A stretch of DNA of 35,633 nucleotides from Pseudothermotoga sp. (GTDB taxonomy: Bacteria > Thermotogota > Thermotogae > Thermotogales > DSM-5069): the NCBI GenBank assembly GCA_031962025.1, contig JAVRKW010000013.1; one strand, 5' to 3'. Below are positions 28,023-35,633 of this stretch, one piece after another; positions within the stretch are counted from its first letter, which is position 1, and each line of letters starts with the position of its first letter. The notes under the pieces were generated by a model. That model saw nothing but the letters and a program-made list of their open reading frames with translations, was not told where the DNA came from and did not search any database. A program made the translations under genes and the position numbers.

Positions 28023-29042
28023 TTAATTCAAAACATCCAGTAATCCTTTGTATTCTGGGAAATACTGTTTTGTGAGATCGATCCACACTGGATCTATATC
28101 CCATGGTACAACCTTGGTCTTATCATCTATCGTTTCGGGGGTGATAGGTGTTATTGGCAGGAAAATCCACTGTCTGAGTGCTTTGATCTTTCCGGTCACA
28201 TATGAATGCAGAGCCAGGAATGAAACGAAGCCTTCCCATCCAGGTGAACTCGAAATTGAGTATTTGATTCCTCCCTCTTTGATCAATTCGATTCCATAAG
28301 GTGCGCCGTTTGTTGTGATGACTTTTATTGGATTATTCAGCAGACCTCTTGATTTGAGCATGCGGACAACTGCGGCACCCATCTCTTCGTTGAAAACAAA
28401 CAGAACTGAAAACTTATAACCGGATTCAATTAAGTCCTGTGCCTGTTTTACCGCCTCATCCGGTATGTACTGTCCATCTCTGATGGCGACTATCTTGTTC
28501 TTACCCAGTTCTTTCACAGCAGGCTCAAAAGATTTGAGAAACATTTGTACTGGAACATGTTCCAGCCTTCCCATGATAACCGCGATATTCTCTCCCGGGT
28601 AATTGGTGGCGATGTACTGTGCGATATCCTTTCCCATGGCATCCCAGTTAAAATCGATACATGCAACGACGGGATCTTTTGATTTCAGAACTTCACCGAC
28701 ATTATCTGTTACAACAAGGGGTATACCGGCTTTGGCACACTCTCTTGCTGCTATGAAAGCGCCATTTGGGTTGAAGGAGAATATACACATTCCGTCTACT
28801 TTCATATTCACCAATGTTTGAATATTGGAGATCTCTTTTTCTACATCATAATCTGAATTCAAAACTACTACCTCAACTCCGGCAAGATTTGCGGCATAGA
28901 CAAATCCTTCCACGTCTTTCCTGTACCATGTGTCCGGGCCGGGAGTGACATAACCATAAACCAGTTTCTTTGCCATGCCAATTGAAGCAAAAACGCTGAC
29001 CAGTATCAATAATAGCAAGGCCAGTACCCTGAAATTCTTCAT
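28023..29042 (-). CDS. CUT2 ABC substrate-binding protein
   Basis: Signal peptide, KEISNIQTLV..KVDG, AGIPLVV; first gene of the locus, GGAGGTG RBS, followed by ATPase and permease. Confidence 0.88.
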   Translation of the reverse strand: MKNFRVLALLLLILVSVFASIGMAKKLVYGYVTPGPDTWYRKDVEGFVYAANLAGVEVVVLNSDYDVEKEISNIQTLVNMKVDGMCIFSFNPNGAFIAARECAKAGIPLVVTDNVGEVLKSKDPVVACIDFNWDAMGKDIAQYIATNYPGENIAVIMGRLEHVPVQMFLKSFEPAVKELGKNKIVAIRDGQYIPDEAVKQAQDLIESGYKFSVLFVFNEEMGAAVVRMLKSRGLLNNPIKVITTNGAPYGIELIKEGGIKYSISSSPGWEGFVSFLALHSYVTGKIKALRQWIFLPITPITPETIDDKTKVVPWDIDPVWIDLTKQYFPEYKGLLDVLN

Positions 29043-29155
29043 AACACACCTCCTCTATGTTGGCTCGTTTAATACGAGCCAGTCTGTACTTAACCACGGT
29101 TTTTTTCCTTAAATATCCAGTTAAAATGGCGATGTTTATGCTTTGTTTATGATAA

Positions 29156-29169
29156 GTCAAACGATTGAC
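29156..29169. promoter_or_regulatory. LacI-type operator candidate
   Basis: GTCAA-ACGA-TTGAC, a 14-bp near-palindrome with central CG, just downstream of the predicted start site. Confidence 0.65.
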
Positions 29170-29185
29170 CAGCAATTTCATCTTA

Positions 29186-29214
29186 AAAATACCAAAAATC
29201 AACTATTGAGTCAA
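29186..29214 (-). promoter_or_regulatory. Sigma70-type promoter for the sugar locus
   Basis: TTGACT (29214-29209), 17 nt spacer, TATTTT (29191-29186) with TG extension. Confidence 0.6.
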
Positions 29215-29415
29215 ATATGTTCTCCTTTTGTATTGACGCAAATGCAATCGATATTGGTAGCTATCATGGTTTATCAATCAAAATTGCCTTTTTGCTAACC
29301 ATTTCGCAGTTTTTCTTTGAAAATCTCGCGAGCGAAATCAGTCAAATTGTCAATTGGCTGAAAAAATCAAATGTTACTCTTTAATGTTGGGTAGATTTGC
29401 CAGGAAGGTGGAATA

Positions 29416-30675
29416 GTGACTGTACTCTACAGCGCATTTGTTGGTTTTTTGGCTGGTATTCTTGCAGCTTTGTATAGATTGTGTATTGTTAAGATAGATG
29501 CACTTAGGATTTTTATAGTATCAAACCACTGGTTTATTTTGTGGATGATACTGACAATACCGACCGCCATTGTCCTGAAAATAATTGCCACAAGGGCATC
29601 ATTTGTCAGCGGGAGCGGTATACCTCAGGTTAAAGCTTTGATCTCAAGAAAAATCGATTACGATCCATTGAAGGTTTTATTCTACAAATTCGTCGGAGGA
29701 ATTTTTGCAATATTCAATGGTTTTTCACTTGGAAGAGAAGGTCCTTCCATACAGATTGGATCTTCGGTTGGTTACTGGTTTTACAAGCATTCTAACGGCA
29801 AATCTGATAGAGAACAACTCATAACGATCAGTGCAGGCGCCGGGTTGGCTGCTGCTTTCAATGCACCGCTGGCGGCAATAGCTTTTTCAATTGAAGAGCT
29901 ACAGATGAGCGTTTCGGTGCTGAGTGTTGTCAATTGTGCAGTTGCTGCAATCAGCGCTGATTTTGCTTCTAAGATGATTTTTGGTATGACTCCGGTATTC
30001 TTTGTTCAGCTAAAGGATGTCTTGCCTTTGAAATACTATTCATTGATAATTGTTCTTGGAATAATCGTTGGAATATCAGGTTCGCTTTTTGAAAGGCTAT
30101 TGCTGTACTTTGTTGATGTCTTTAAGAATTTCAGGTGGTTGAATATTCTAATCCCAACTGCTCTGGCATGGGTTTTTATGATTTTTTTGCCGCAGATACT
30201 CGGCGGTGGTCATGAGCTGGTAATACACAGTTTATCAGGGTTATTTTCTTTGAAAACCATTTTGATTCTGTTGATTGCAAAATTTTTCTTCACGCTGATC
30301 AGTTATGGCTCAAAAGCACCGGGTGGTATATTCTTGCCCATGGTTGCAATTGGTGCAATGACAGGTGTGTTTTATTCAAAAATGATTGCCATGGTAAGTA
30401 GCATAGGTGATTTTTATCTTCCAAATTTTGTGATTCTCGGTATAGCAGGATATCTCACGGCAGTTGTCAGAGCTCCGCTGACCAGCATCATACTGACGGC
30501 AGAACTTGTCGGTTCATTTGATCATTTTTTATCCCTGTTGCTGGTTTCAGTCGTGGCTTATGTGGTATCTGGATTTCTCAATACACAGCCGATATACGAT
30601 GTTCTTTTCAAGAAAATTGTGCATGGTGTTGAAAATGGTTATAAGAAAAAAGGCGAGGATACTGACCTCGCCTAA
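29416..30675 (+). CDS. ClC-family H+/Cl- exchange transporter
   Basis: GSGIP, GREGP, AAAFNAPL, FSIEE, GGIFLP, PIY motifs. Confidence 0.93.
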   Translation: MTVLYSAFVGFLAGILAALYRLCIVKIDALRIFIVSNHWFILWMILTIPTAIVLKIIATRASFVSGSGIPQVKALISRKIDYDPLKVLFYKFVGGIFAIFNGFSLGREGPSIQIGSSVGYWFYKHSNGKSDREQLITISAGAGLAAAFNAPLAAIAFSIEELQMSVSVLSVVNCAVAAISADFASKMIFGMTPVFFVQLKDVLPLKYYSLIIVLGIIVGISGSLFERLLLYFVDVFKNFRWLNILIPTALAWVFMIFLPQILGGGHELVIHSLSGLFSLKTILILLIAKFFFTLISYGSKAPGGIFLPMVAIGAMTGVFYSKMIAMVSSIGDFYLPNFVILGIAGYLTAVVRAPLTSIILTAELVGSFDHFLSLLLVSVVAYVVSGFLNTQPIYDVLFKKIVHGVENGYKKKGEDTDLA

Positions 30676-31580
30676 ACCTGTACGATCTGTAGTTTGCTCT
30701 TTTGTGATATGAGTTCTGTGAAATGCTGGCATGATACCAGTGAGGATCTTTTCAACAGGTTGGTCAGAACTTTTCCGGGTCCAACCTCAATGAAGTTGAA
30801 GATATTCATTTTTGTGATATTGTAAATCGAATCGTGCCATAATACAGCCGAAGTTATCTGTTCTAACACGTAATTTTTTATTTCTTCTGGATCTGTCGTT
30901 TCACGCCCTGTGCAGTTCATCACTATTGGCCAGCGAGGTTTTCTGAACTTGACATCTTTCAATTCTTTTGCCATTTTCTGTTTTGCGCTTTCAAGCAAAG
31001 GTGTGTGGAAAGGTCCGCTGACTTTGAGTTCAACGACTTTTTTTGCTTTCGTTTTCAACAGTTGCATGGCGTTCTTCACACTGTCTTTGAAACCGCTTAT
31101 TACTATCTGATCTTCGGCGTTGTGATTCGCGATCCAGACTCCCTCCAAAGTGGCTATTTGCTGTTCTACTTCTTTGAATTTCAAGCCAATGATCGCTGCC
31201 ATTGTTCCTTCTCCTGGAGAAATTGCCTGTGAGATGTACTCTCCTCTCTTTCTGACTATGTACAATCCCAATTCAAAGTCGTAAACATCAGCAGCTGCAA
31301 GGGCAGTGTATTCTCCAAGGCTGTGTCCTGCTAAGACAGAAGGAACATAACCATTTCTCATCAGTTCATCGAAGGCTATATAACTTGCAAGGTAAATCGC
31401 TGGCTGTGCATTTTCTGTCAGTTTGAGAATCTCTTCGTCTTCGTTCATCAATTGATACATGTCAATACCAAGTACGTCCCTTGCCCTTTCAAAGAAAAAA
31501 TATGCCCTTGGATATACAGAAAAATCTTTTCCCATCCCGGAATATTGAGATCCCTGGCCTGGAAAAATAAATGCTCTCAT
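30672..31580 (-). CDS. fabD: Malonyl-CoA:ACP transacylase
   Basis: FPGQGSQ, GHSLGEY, VSGPFHT, EVGPG. Confidence 0.96.
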   Translation of the reverse strand: MRAFIFPGQGSQYSGMGKDFSVYPRAYFFFERARDVLGIDMYQLMNEDEEILKLTENAQPAIYLASYIAFDELMRNGYVPSVLAGHSLGEYTALAAADVYDFELGLYIVRKRGEYISQAISPGEGTMAAIIGLKFKEVEQQIATLEGVWIANHNAEDQIVISGFKDSVKNAMQLLKTKAKKVVELKVSGPFHTPLLESAKQKMAKELKDVKFRKPRWPIVMNCTGRETTDPEEIKNYVLEQITSAVLWHDSIYNITKMNIFNFIEVGPGKVLTNLLKRSSLVSCQHFTELISQKSKLQIVQV

Positions 31581-32515
31581 TGAAACACCTCCCTGTGAAG
31601 TTTTTGAACAGTTTGCCTGAATTCTTCAAAAATCTTTGATATGATCTCATTGACTGGTAATATCTGGTCTATCAGTCCTGCCACCTGTCCAGCCATGAAA
31701 GAACCGGAGTCTATATCACCTTCCAGCACAGCTCGTTTTAAACTGCCAACCAGTACTTGTTCTGCTTCAAGAGGGCTCTGTGATTCAAGTTCGCATATTT
31801 GCCTTGCAAAAGGTGTTTTCAAAACTCTTGCCGGATGACCGAGTTTCATTCCGGTCACAACGGTATCTCTTATCGAAGCACTCAGTATCTTTTTTTTGTA
31901 ATTATCATGGATCTCTGCTTCGACAGAAGCCAGAAACCTTGTACCGATCTGAACACCTTCGGCACCCAATGCGAATGCGGCAGCCATTGCCCTGCCATCG
32001 GCAATACCACCGGCTGCAATTACTGGTATTTTCACAGATCTTGCTACTTTGTTCACAAGTACGATCGTTGTAACTTCTCCTATGTGGCCACCAGATTCCA
32101 TGCCTTCTGCAATCACTGCATCTGCTCCAGATCTTTCGAGTAGTTTTGCCAGCGAATCAGAGGCAACTACGGGCAGCACTGCGATGCCTTGCTCCTTCAG
32201 AGATGGTATGTATTTTGCGGGGTTTCCAGCACCAAAAGTTACAACCGGAACATGTTCTTTCAAGACAACTTCTACAAGTTCATTTGCGTAAGGTGATGCG
32301 AGCATGATGTTTACACCAAAAGGTCTGTCTGTCAACTGCTTTAAAAAATGAATTGCATGTGTGAGCTGTTCTGGATTCATGGCACCTGAGCCTATTATTC
32401 CAAGTCCTCCGGCATTTGAAACCGCAGCCGCAAGTTTTGGTGTACCAGCCCAAGCCATGCCACCCATGAGAATTGGGTACTCTGTTTTCAGTAACTCAGT
32501 CACTCGGTTCTTCAT
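31577..32515 (-). CDS. fabK: Enoyl-ACP reductase II
   Basis: GGMAW, AVSNAGGLG, GAGNP, EGMESGGHIG, AAGGIADGR, MAGQ; fab context. Confidence 0.92.
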   Translation of the reverse strand: MKNRVTELLKTEYPILMGGMAWAGTPKLAAAVSNAGGLGIIGSGAMNPEQLTHAIHFLKQLTDRPFGVNIMLASPYANELVEVVLKEHVPVVTFGAGNPAKYIPSLKEQGIAVLPVVASDSLAKLLERSGADAVIAEGMESGGHIGEVTTIVLVNKVARSVKIPVIAAGGIADGRAMAAAFALGAEGVQIGTRFLASVEAEIHDNYKKKILSASIRDTVVTGMKLGHPARVLKTPFARQICELESQSPLEAEQVLVGSLKRAVLEGDIDSGSFMAGQVAGLIDQILPVNEIISKIFEEFRQTVQKLHREVFQ

Positions 32516-32927
32516 CTTTTTTCACTCCCACCAAGAGTGTTGCTGTTGCCACGATTTTTTGCTGAACTTTTGCAACACCGCTGACTTTAAAAACACCCAG
32601 TTTTGATTCTTTCAATCTGACTTCGTAGGTGAGTACATCACCTGGTCTCACCATAGATTTGAATCTTGCTTCATCGATTCCAAGAAACAGTGGAATCACA
32701 TTTTGATCTGGTTTGAGCAGCATGATGCCTGCAGCCTGTGCGAGCCCTTCGATTATCATTACACCGGGATAAATTGGATAATTTGGAAAATGACCCATGA
32801 AGAATATCTCACAGGCAGTTACATTCTTCATCGCTATTACGTGATCCTCAGTTTTTTCAACGACCCTGTCGATTAAAAGCATTGGAAAACGATGCGGTAG
32901 GATCCTCATTATCTGATCGATGTTCAA
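32496..32927 (-). CDS. fabZ: 3-hydroxyacyl-ACP dehydratase
   Basis: LPHRFPMLLID, FMGHFP, PGVMIIEGLAQ, VRPGD. Confidence 0.95.
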   Translation of the reverse strand: MNIDQIMRILPHRFPMLLIDRVVEKTEDHVIAMKNVTACEIFFMGHFPNYPIYPGVMIIEGLAQAAGIMLLKPDQNVIPLFLGIDEARFKSMVRPGDVLTYEVRLKESKLGVFKVSGVAKVQQKIVATATLLVGVKKDEEPSD

Positions 32928-34150
32928 CCCTCATACCTCCCGACCACAAGCGAAACGTTGTGCCCGCCGAACCCGAAAGAGTTTTTCATGAAATTGTTTA
33001 TTTCAGCTTCAACCGGTGTTTTACCAACGACGTTGATGTTGATCTGTGGATCTAAGGTATCAAGGTTTGGCATTGCATGAACAAAATTGTTGTGCATCTG
33101 TAGAATGGATATCACAAGTTCTGCGGCTGCAGCCGCCCCGAGCAGGTGTCCCATAAGGGCTTTTGAGCTGTTAACATAAACACGTTTTCCAAAGACTCTT
33201 TCTATGGCTTTTGCTTCTGCGACATCTCCTGCAGGTGTACTGGTGGCATGGCAGTTCACGTAATCAATTTGATCTGGATTGATTTTTGCGTCTTTCAGTG
33301 CCAGTTGCATGGCTTTTTGAGCACCTGTACCTTCTGGATCCGGTGCGCTCATGTGGTATGCATCGTCGTTCATACCAAATCCCTTTATTTCAGCCAGTAT
33401 ATGTGCATTTCTTTGCCTTGCTATCTCTTCAGCTTCGATGATCAGTACGGCTCCACCTTCACCCATGACAAAACCATCTCTGTCTATGTCAAAAGGTCTT
33501 GAAGCCTTCTTGGGATCATCGTTCCTGGTTGACAGAGCTTTCATATTTGCAAATCCGGCTATTGGCAGTGGTGCGATTGTAGCCTCTGCTCCACCGACGA
33601 TCGCAATATCGGCATAGCCGTGCCTTATGAGCATGGTGCCGATAGCTACGGCATGACCGGATGCTGCACAGGCGCTCACCGGTGCAAAGTTAATTCCCTT
33701 CAAACCGTGTTCCATTGCAACGATACCAGAAGCCATGTTTATCAAAAGCATTGGTATTAAAAAGGGGCTGACCTTTGAGGCTCCTGAAGATAAGAATTTG
33801 TTGTTCTCGGTATCTAAAGTTATAAATCCCCCCATGCCTGAAGCTATGAGAACTGCTGTTTTTTCCGAGAAAGCTGACAGGTCGATCTTTGACTGTTCCA
33901 GTGCTTCCTTGGTTGCAGCGAGCGCAAAATGAACAAATCTATCTGTTCTTCGAACGAGTTTTTTGTCAATGAATTTTTCAGGATCGAAATCTTTTACCTC
34001 TGCTGCTATTCTCACCGGTAAATTGCTCGCATCAAAACTGGAAATTTCATCAGCAGCTATTTTTGAATTTTTTAAAGACCTCAGCACTTCTTCCTTTCCA
34101 ATTCCAATTGGTGAAACTATACCCATACCTGTGATAACCACTCGTCGCAC
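32924..34150 (-). CDS. fabF: Beta-ketoacyl-ACP synthase II
   Basis: RRVVITGMG, SACAAS, NCHATST, GHLLGAA, NSFGFGG; start GTG 34150 behind AAGGAGG. Confidence 0.96.
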   Translation of the reverse strand: MRRVVITGMGIVSPIGIGKEEVLRSLKNSKIAADEISSFDASNLPVRIAAEVKDFDPEKFIDKKLVRRTDRFVHFALAATKEALEQSKIDLSAFSEKTAVLIASGMGGFITLDTENNKFLSSGASKVSPFLIPMLLINMASGIVAMEHGLKGINFAPVSACAASGHAVAIGTMLIRHGYADIAIVGGAEATIAPLPIAGFANMKALSTRNDDPKKASRPFDIDRDGFVMGEGGAVLIIEAEEIARQRNAHILAEIKGFGMNDDAYHMSAPDPEGTGAQKAMQLALKDAKINPDQIDYVNCHATSTPAGDVAEAKAIERVFGKRVYVNSSKALMGHLLGAAAAAELVISILQMHNNFVHAMPNLDTLDPQININVVGKTPVEAEINNFMKNSFGFGGHNVSLVVGRYEG

Positions 34151-34172
34151 TCGATCTACCTCCTTTGCGTTC

Positions 34173-34202
34173 ATTATACCCACTAAGGAAAAAGGCGGTC
34201 AA
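34173..34202 (-). promoter_or_regulatory. Promoter for the fab operon
   Basis: TTGACC (34202-34197), 18 nt spacer, TATAAT (34178-34173). Confidence 0.65.
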
Positions 34203-34208
34203 ACCGCC
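34189..34208 (-). terminator. Intrinsic terminator overlapping the fab -35
   Basis: Minus strand GGCGGT-ttg-ACCGCC-TTTTT. Confidence 0.7.
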
Positions 34209-34451
34209 AGTTTACTCACTGAAAAATCTGCTTTTGTTTTTTTAACATTTAAGTTCTGCCATTTTGAAGTGTTTTTGTGAGTGAAAAATATAGAATGTGT
34301 GTCAGAATATAATCTAACCAAAGCTGGATGAATTGTTCAGTAGTGCGGTCTTTATAGAATCAACCATACCCGCAGAAACAGTTGAAGTAAGAGCAGTTTT
34401 GGCTTCGCCGCGCTGTGCTGTGTTCATCTTTGTGTAACTTTTGCGTCATAT

Positions 34452-35633
34452 TCATTTTTCTATCAGTTGTGAATAGAATGCAAATGGTTTTTCTTTTTTC
34501 TTAGAAAAATACAGAGCCATATCTGCATTTCTCAAAAGGGTCTCAAGATTATCACCATCATCTGGGTAAAAAGCTATGCCAAAGTTTGCTGAGATTGAGA
34601 ACGCAATATTTTCGACGATTAACGGCTCTTGAATCACCGCAAGCAGTCTTTTTACAAAAGCGACGACTTCTTGGTCAGAAAGATCGTATAACAGAAAAAC
34701 AAACTCATCTCCACCAAGTCTTGCAACGATGTCATTTTCGCGGATGTTGTTTTGAGCTTTCAGAGCGATCATCTTCAGTAAACGATCGCCAACTGAATGC
34801 CCAAAATTGTCGTTCACTTGCTTGAATTTGTGAAGATCCATGAACAACAGGCAAACTGATTTATTCGTTCTTCTGGCAAGCGCGAAAATTTTTTCAGCAA
34901 ATTCTTCGAGCAATCTTCTGTTTGCCAGACCGGTTAAAGGATCGTGGTATGAATAATATTCCATTATCCGTCTTTGTTCCTGGAGTTCTTCCTCAAGTCT
35001 CATCCTCTCAAAGAGCAACCCGACCTGACCGGCAAAAAGTTCAGCAACCTGTATCGATTCCTGTGTGAAAGCGTTTTCGTCTTCGAAGTTGTCCAGGTTG
35101 AAAAACGCTACTATCTCGTTTTTCACCAAAACTGGTATCGACAGCAGAGCTTTTATTTTGCCTATACGTTCATCAGAATACAGAAAGTCTCTTTTTTCGC
35201 TTGTCAGATTTTCTTGGTTGATCTTATGCAGATTTTTGATGATCTTCACCTTACCATCCATACCATAAGCAAGTTCTTCTGGTTTGAAAAACAGATTTCC
35301 AACCATTTTTTCACTATATCCATATACATTTGTAAAGACAAAAACGTCTTTTTTCTTGGTCAGCAAACTTCCTGCCTGTGCACCCGGCACGATTTCAACC
35401 GCTTTTTTTAGAATGTATCCAGATGCATCACGAATTTGCCCACTCAGGACGAGTTTGGTGAATTCGAGCAATGCTTCCTGAAGAAGGGTTTTTCTCAACA
35501 ACTTACTGCTCAGGATTTTTTCAGATTTTGTCTTTCTAATTGAATTAGTTAATGTATGTAGAACACCGCCAAGAACTGAAAAAACCGCTGATATACTGAG
35601 TTCAACCGGTGAGAGTAAGCCATCTTTGGGATC
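34452..35633 (-). CDS. GAF-GGDEF diguanylate cyclase, 5' end outside the window
   Basis: DPLTGLANR, MDLHKFKQVND.FGH..GD, REND I-site, RLGGDEF, preceded by a GAF domain. The frame stays open from 35501 to the window edge and includes a hydrophobic segment LSISAVFSVLGGVL. Confidence 0.92.
   Translation of the reverse strand, partial: DPKDGLLSPVELSISAVFSVLGGVLHTLTNSIRKTKSEKILSSKLLRKTLLQEALLEFTKLVLSGQIRDASGYILKKAVEIVPGAQAGSLLTKKKDVFVFTNVYGYSEKMVGNLFFKPEELAYGMDGKVKIIKNLHKINQENLTSEKRDFLYSDERIGKIKALLSIPVLVKNEIVAFFNLDNFEDENAFTQESIQVAELFAGQVGLLFERMRLEEELQEQRRIMEYYSYHDPLTGLANRRLLEEFAEKIFALARRTNKSVCLLFMDLHKFKQVNDNFGHSVGDRLLKMIALKAQNNIRENDIVARLGGDEFVFLLYDLSDQEVVAFVKRLLAVIQEPLIVENIAFSISANFGIAFYPDDGDNLETLLRNADMALYFSKKKEKPFAFYSQLIEK

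Noticed and set aside
16432..29415. Sugar locus as a mobile genomic island
   Set aside because: No integrase, transposase, tRNA or flanking direct repeats, and no obvious compositional shift by eye.
29416..30675. ClC as a fluoride exporter with a fluoride riboswitch
   Set aside because: Has canonical chloride-type GSGIP/GREGP and Tyr motifs rather than CLC-F GNNLI/GREGT; no crcB aptamer seen upstream.
30672..34150. fab cluster as a secondary-metabolite (type II PKS) system
   Set aside because: Standard FabF/Z/K/D motifs; no chain-length factor, ACP or tailoring genes.
34360..34449. 29-aa minus-strand ORF (MTQKLHK...CFCGYG) right after the cyclase stop
   Set aside because: No RBS, short, no recognisable motif.
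34435..34480. GACGCAAA as part of a c-di-GMP-I riboswitch
   Set aside because: Lacks the upstream GGCAAA and GAAA-capped P2 stem, and overlaps a coding end.
1724..35481. Many 60-170 aa alternative-frame or antisense ORFs in the track (e.g. 4039-4545, 8229-8735, 15904-16416, 19001-19498, 34974-35411)
   Set aside because: Shadows of well-supported genes, with no RBS or family motifs.

Overview
Compact, AT-rich bacterial chromosomal window. Gene style (GGAGGTG RBSs, frequent TTG/GTG starts, overlapping genes, LysM/coiled-coil envelope protein, fabF-fabZ-fabK-fabD) suggests Thermotogota, possibly Pseudothermotoga-like; this is inference only. Left to right: a 5-gene + operon (DUF2225-like Zn/TPR protein, lipoprotein with coiled coil-LysM-degenerate M23-3D domains, Cys-rich Rrf2 regulator, extended fRMsr-like GAF protein, ornithine/lysine decarboxylase); minD-minE-yjbQ; a very acidic hypothetical protein; a HAD phosphatase plus CUT1 sugar ABC unit; a class A PBP and ogt; dmpA-like peptidase and lepA; a 12.6 kb, 12-gene minus-strand carbohydrate locus; a ClC transporter; the fab cluster; and a GAF-GGDEF cyclase that runs off the right edge. 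The carbohydrate locus holds two complete CUT2 ABC systems, three TIM-barrel epimerase/eliminase-family proteins, a Gfo/Idh/MocA dehydrogenase, a PIG-L deacetylase and a LacI regulator, but no kinase or glycosidase, and has a readable promoter and LacI-type operator. Best novelty candidates are that locus (possible keto-intermediate catabolism of an N-acetylated sugar or cyclitol), the envelope lipoprotein, and a possible structured RNA at ~34320-34430. No CRISPR, tRNA, rRNA or mobile element was seen.
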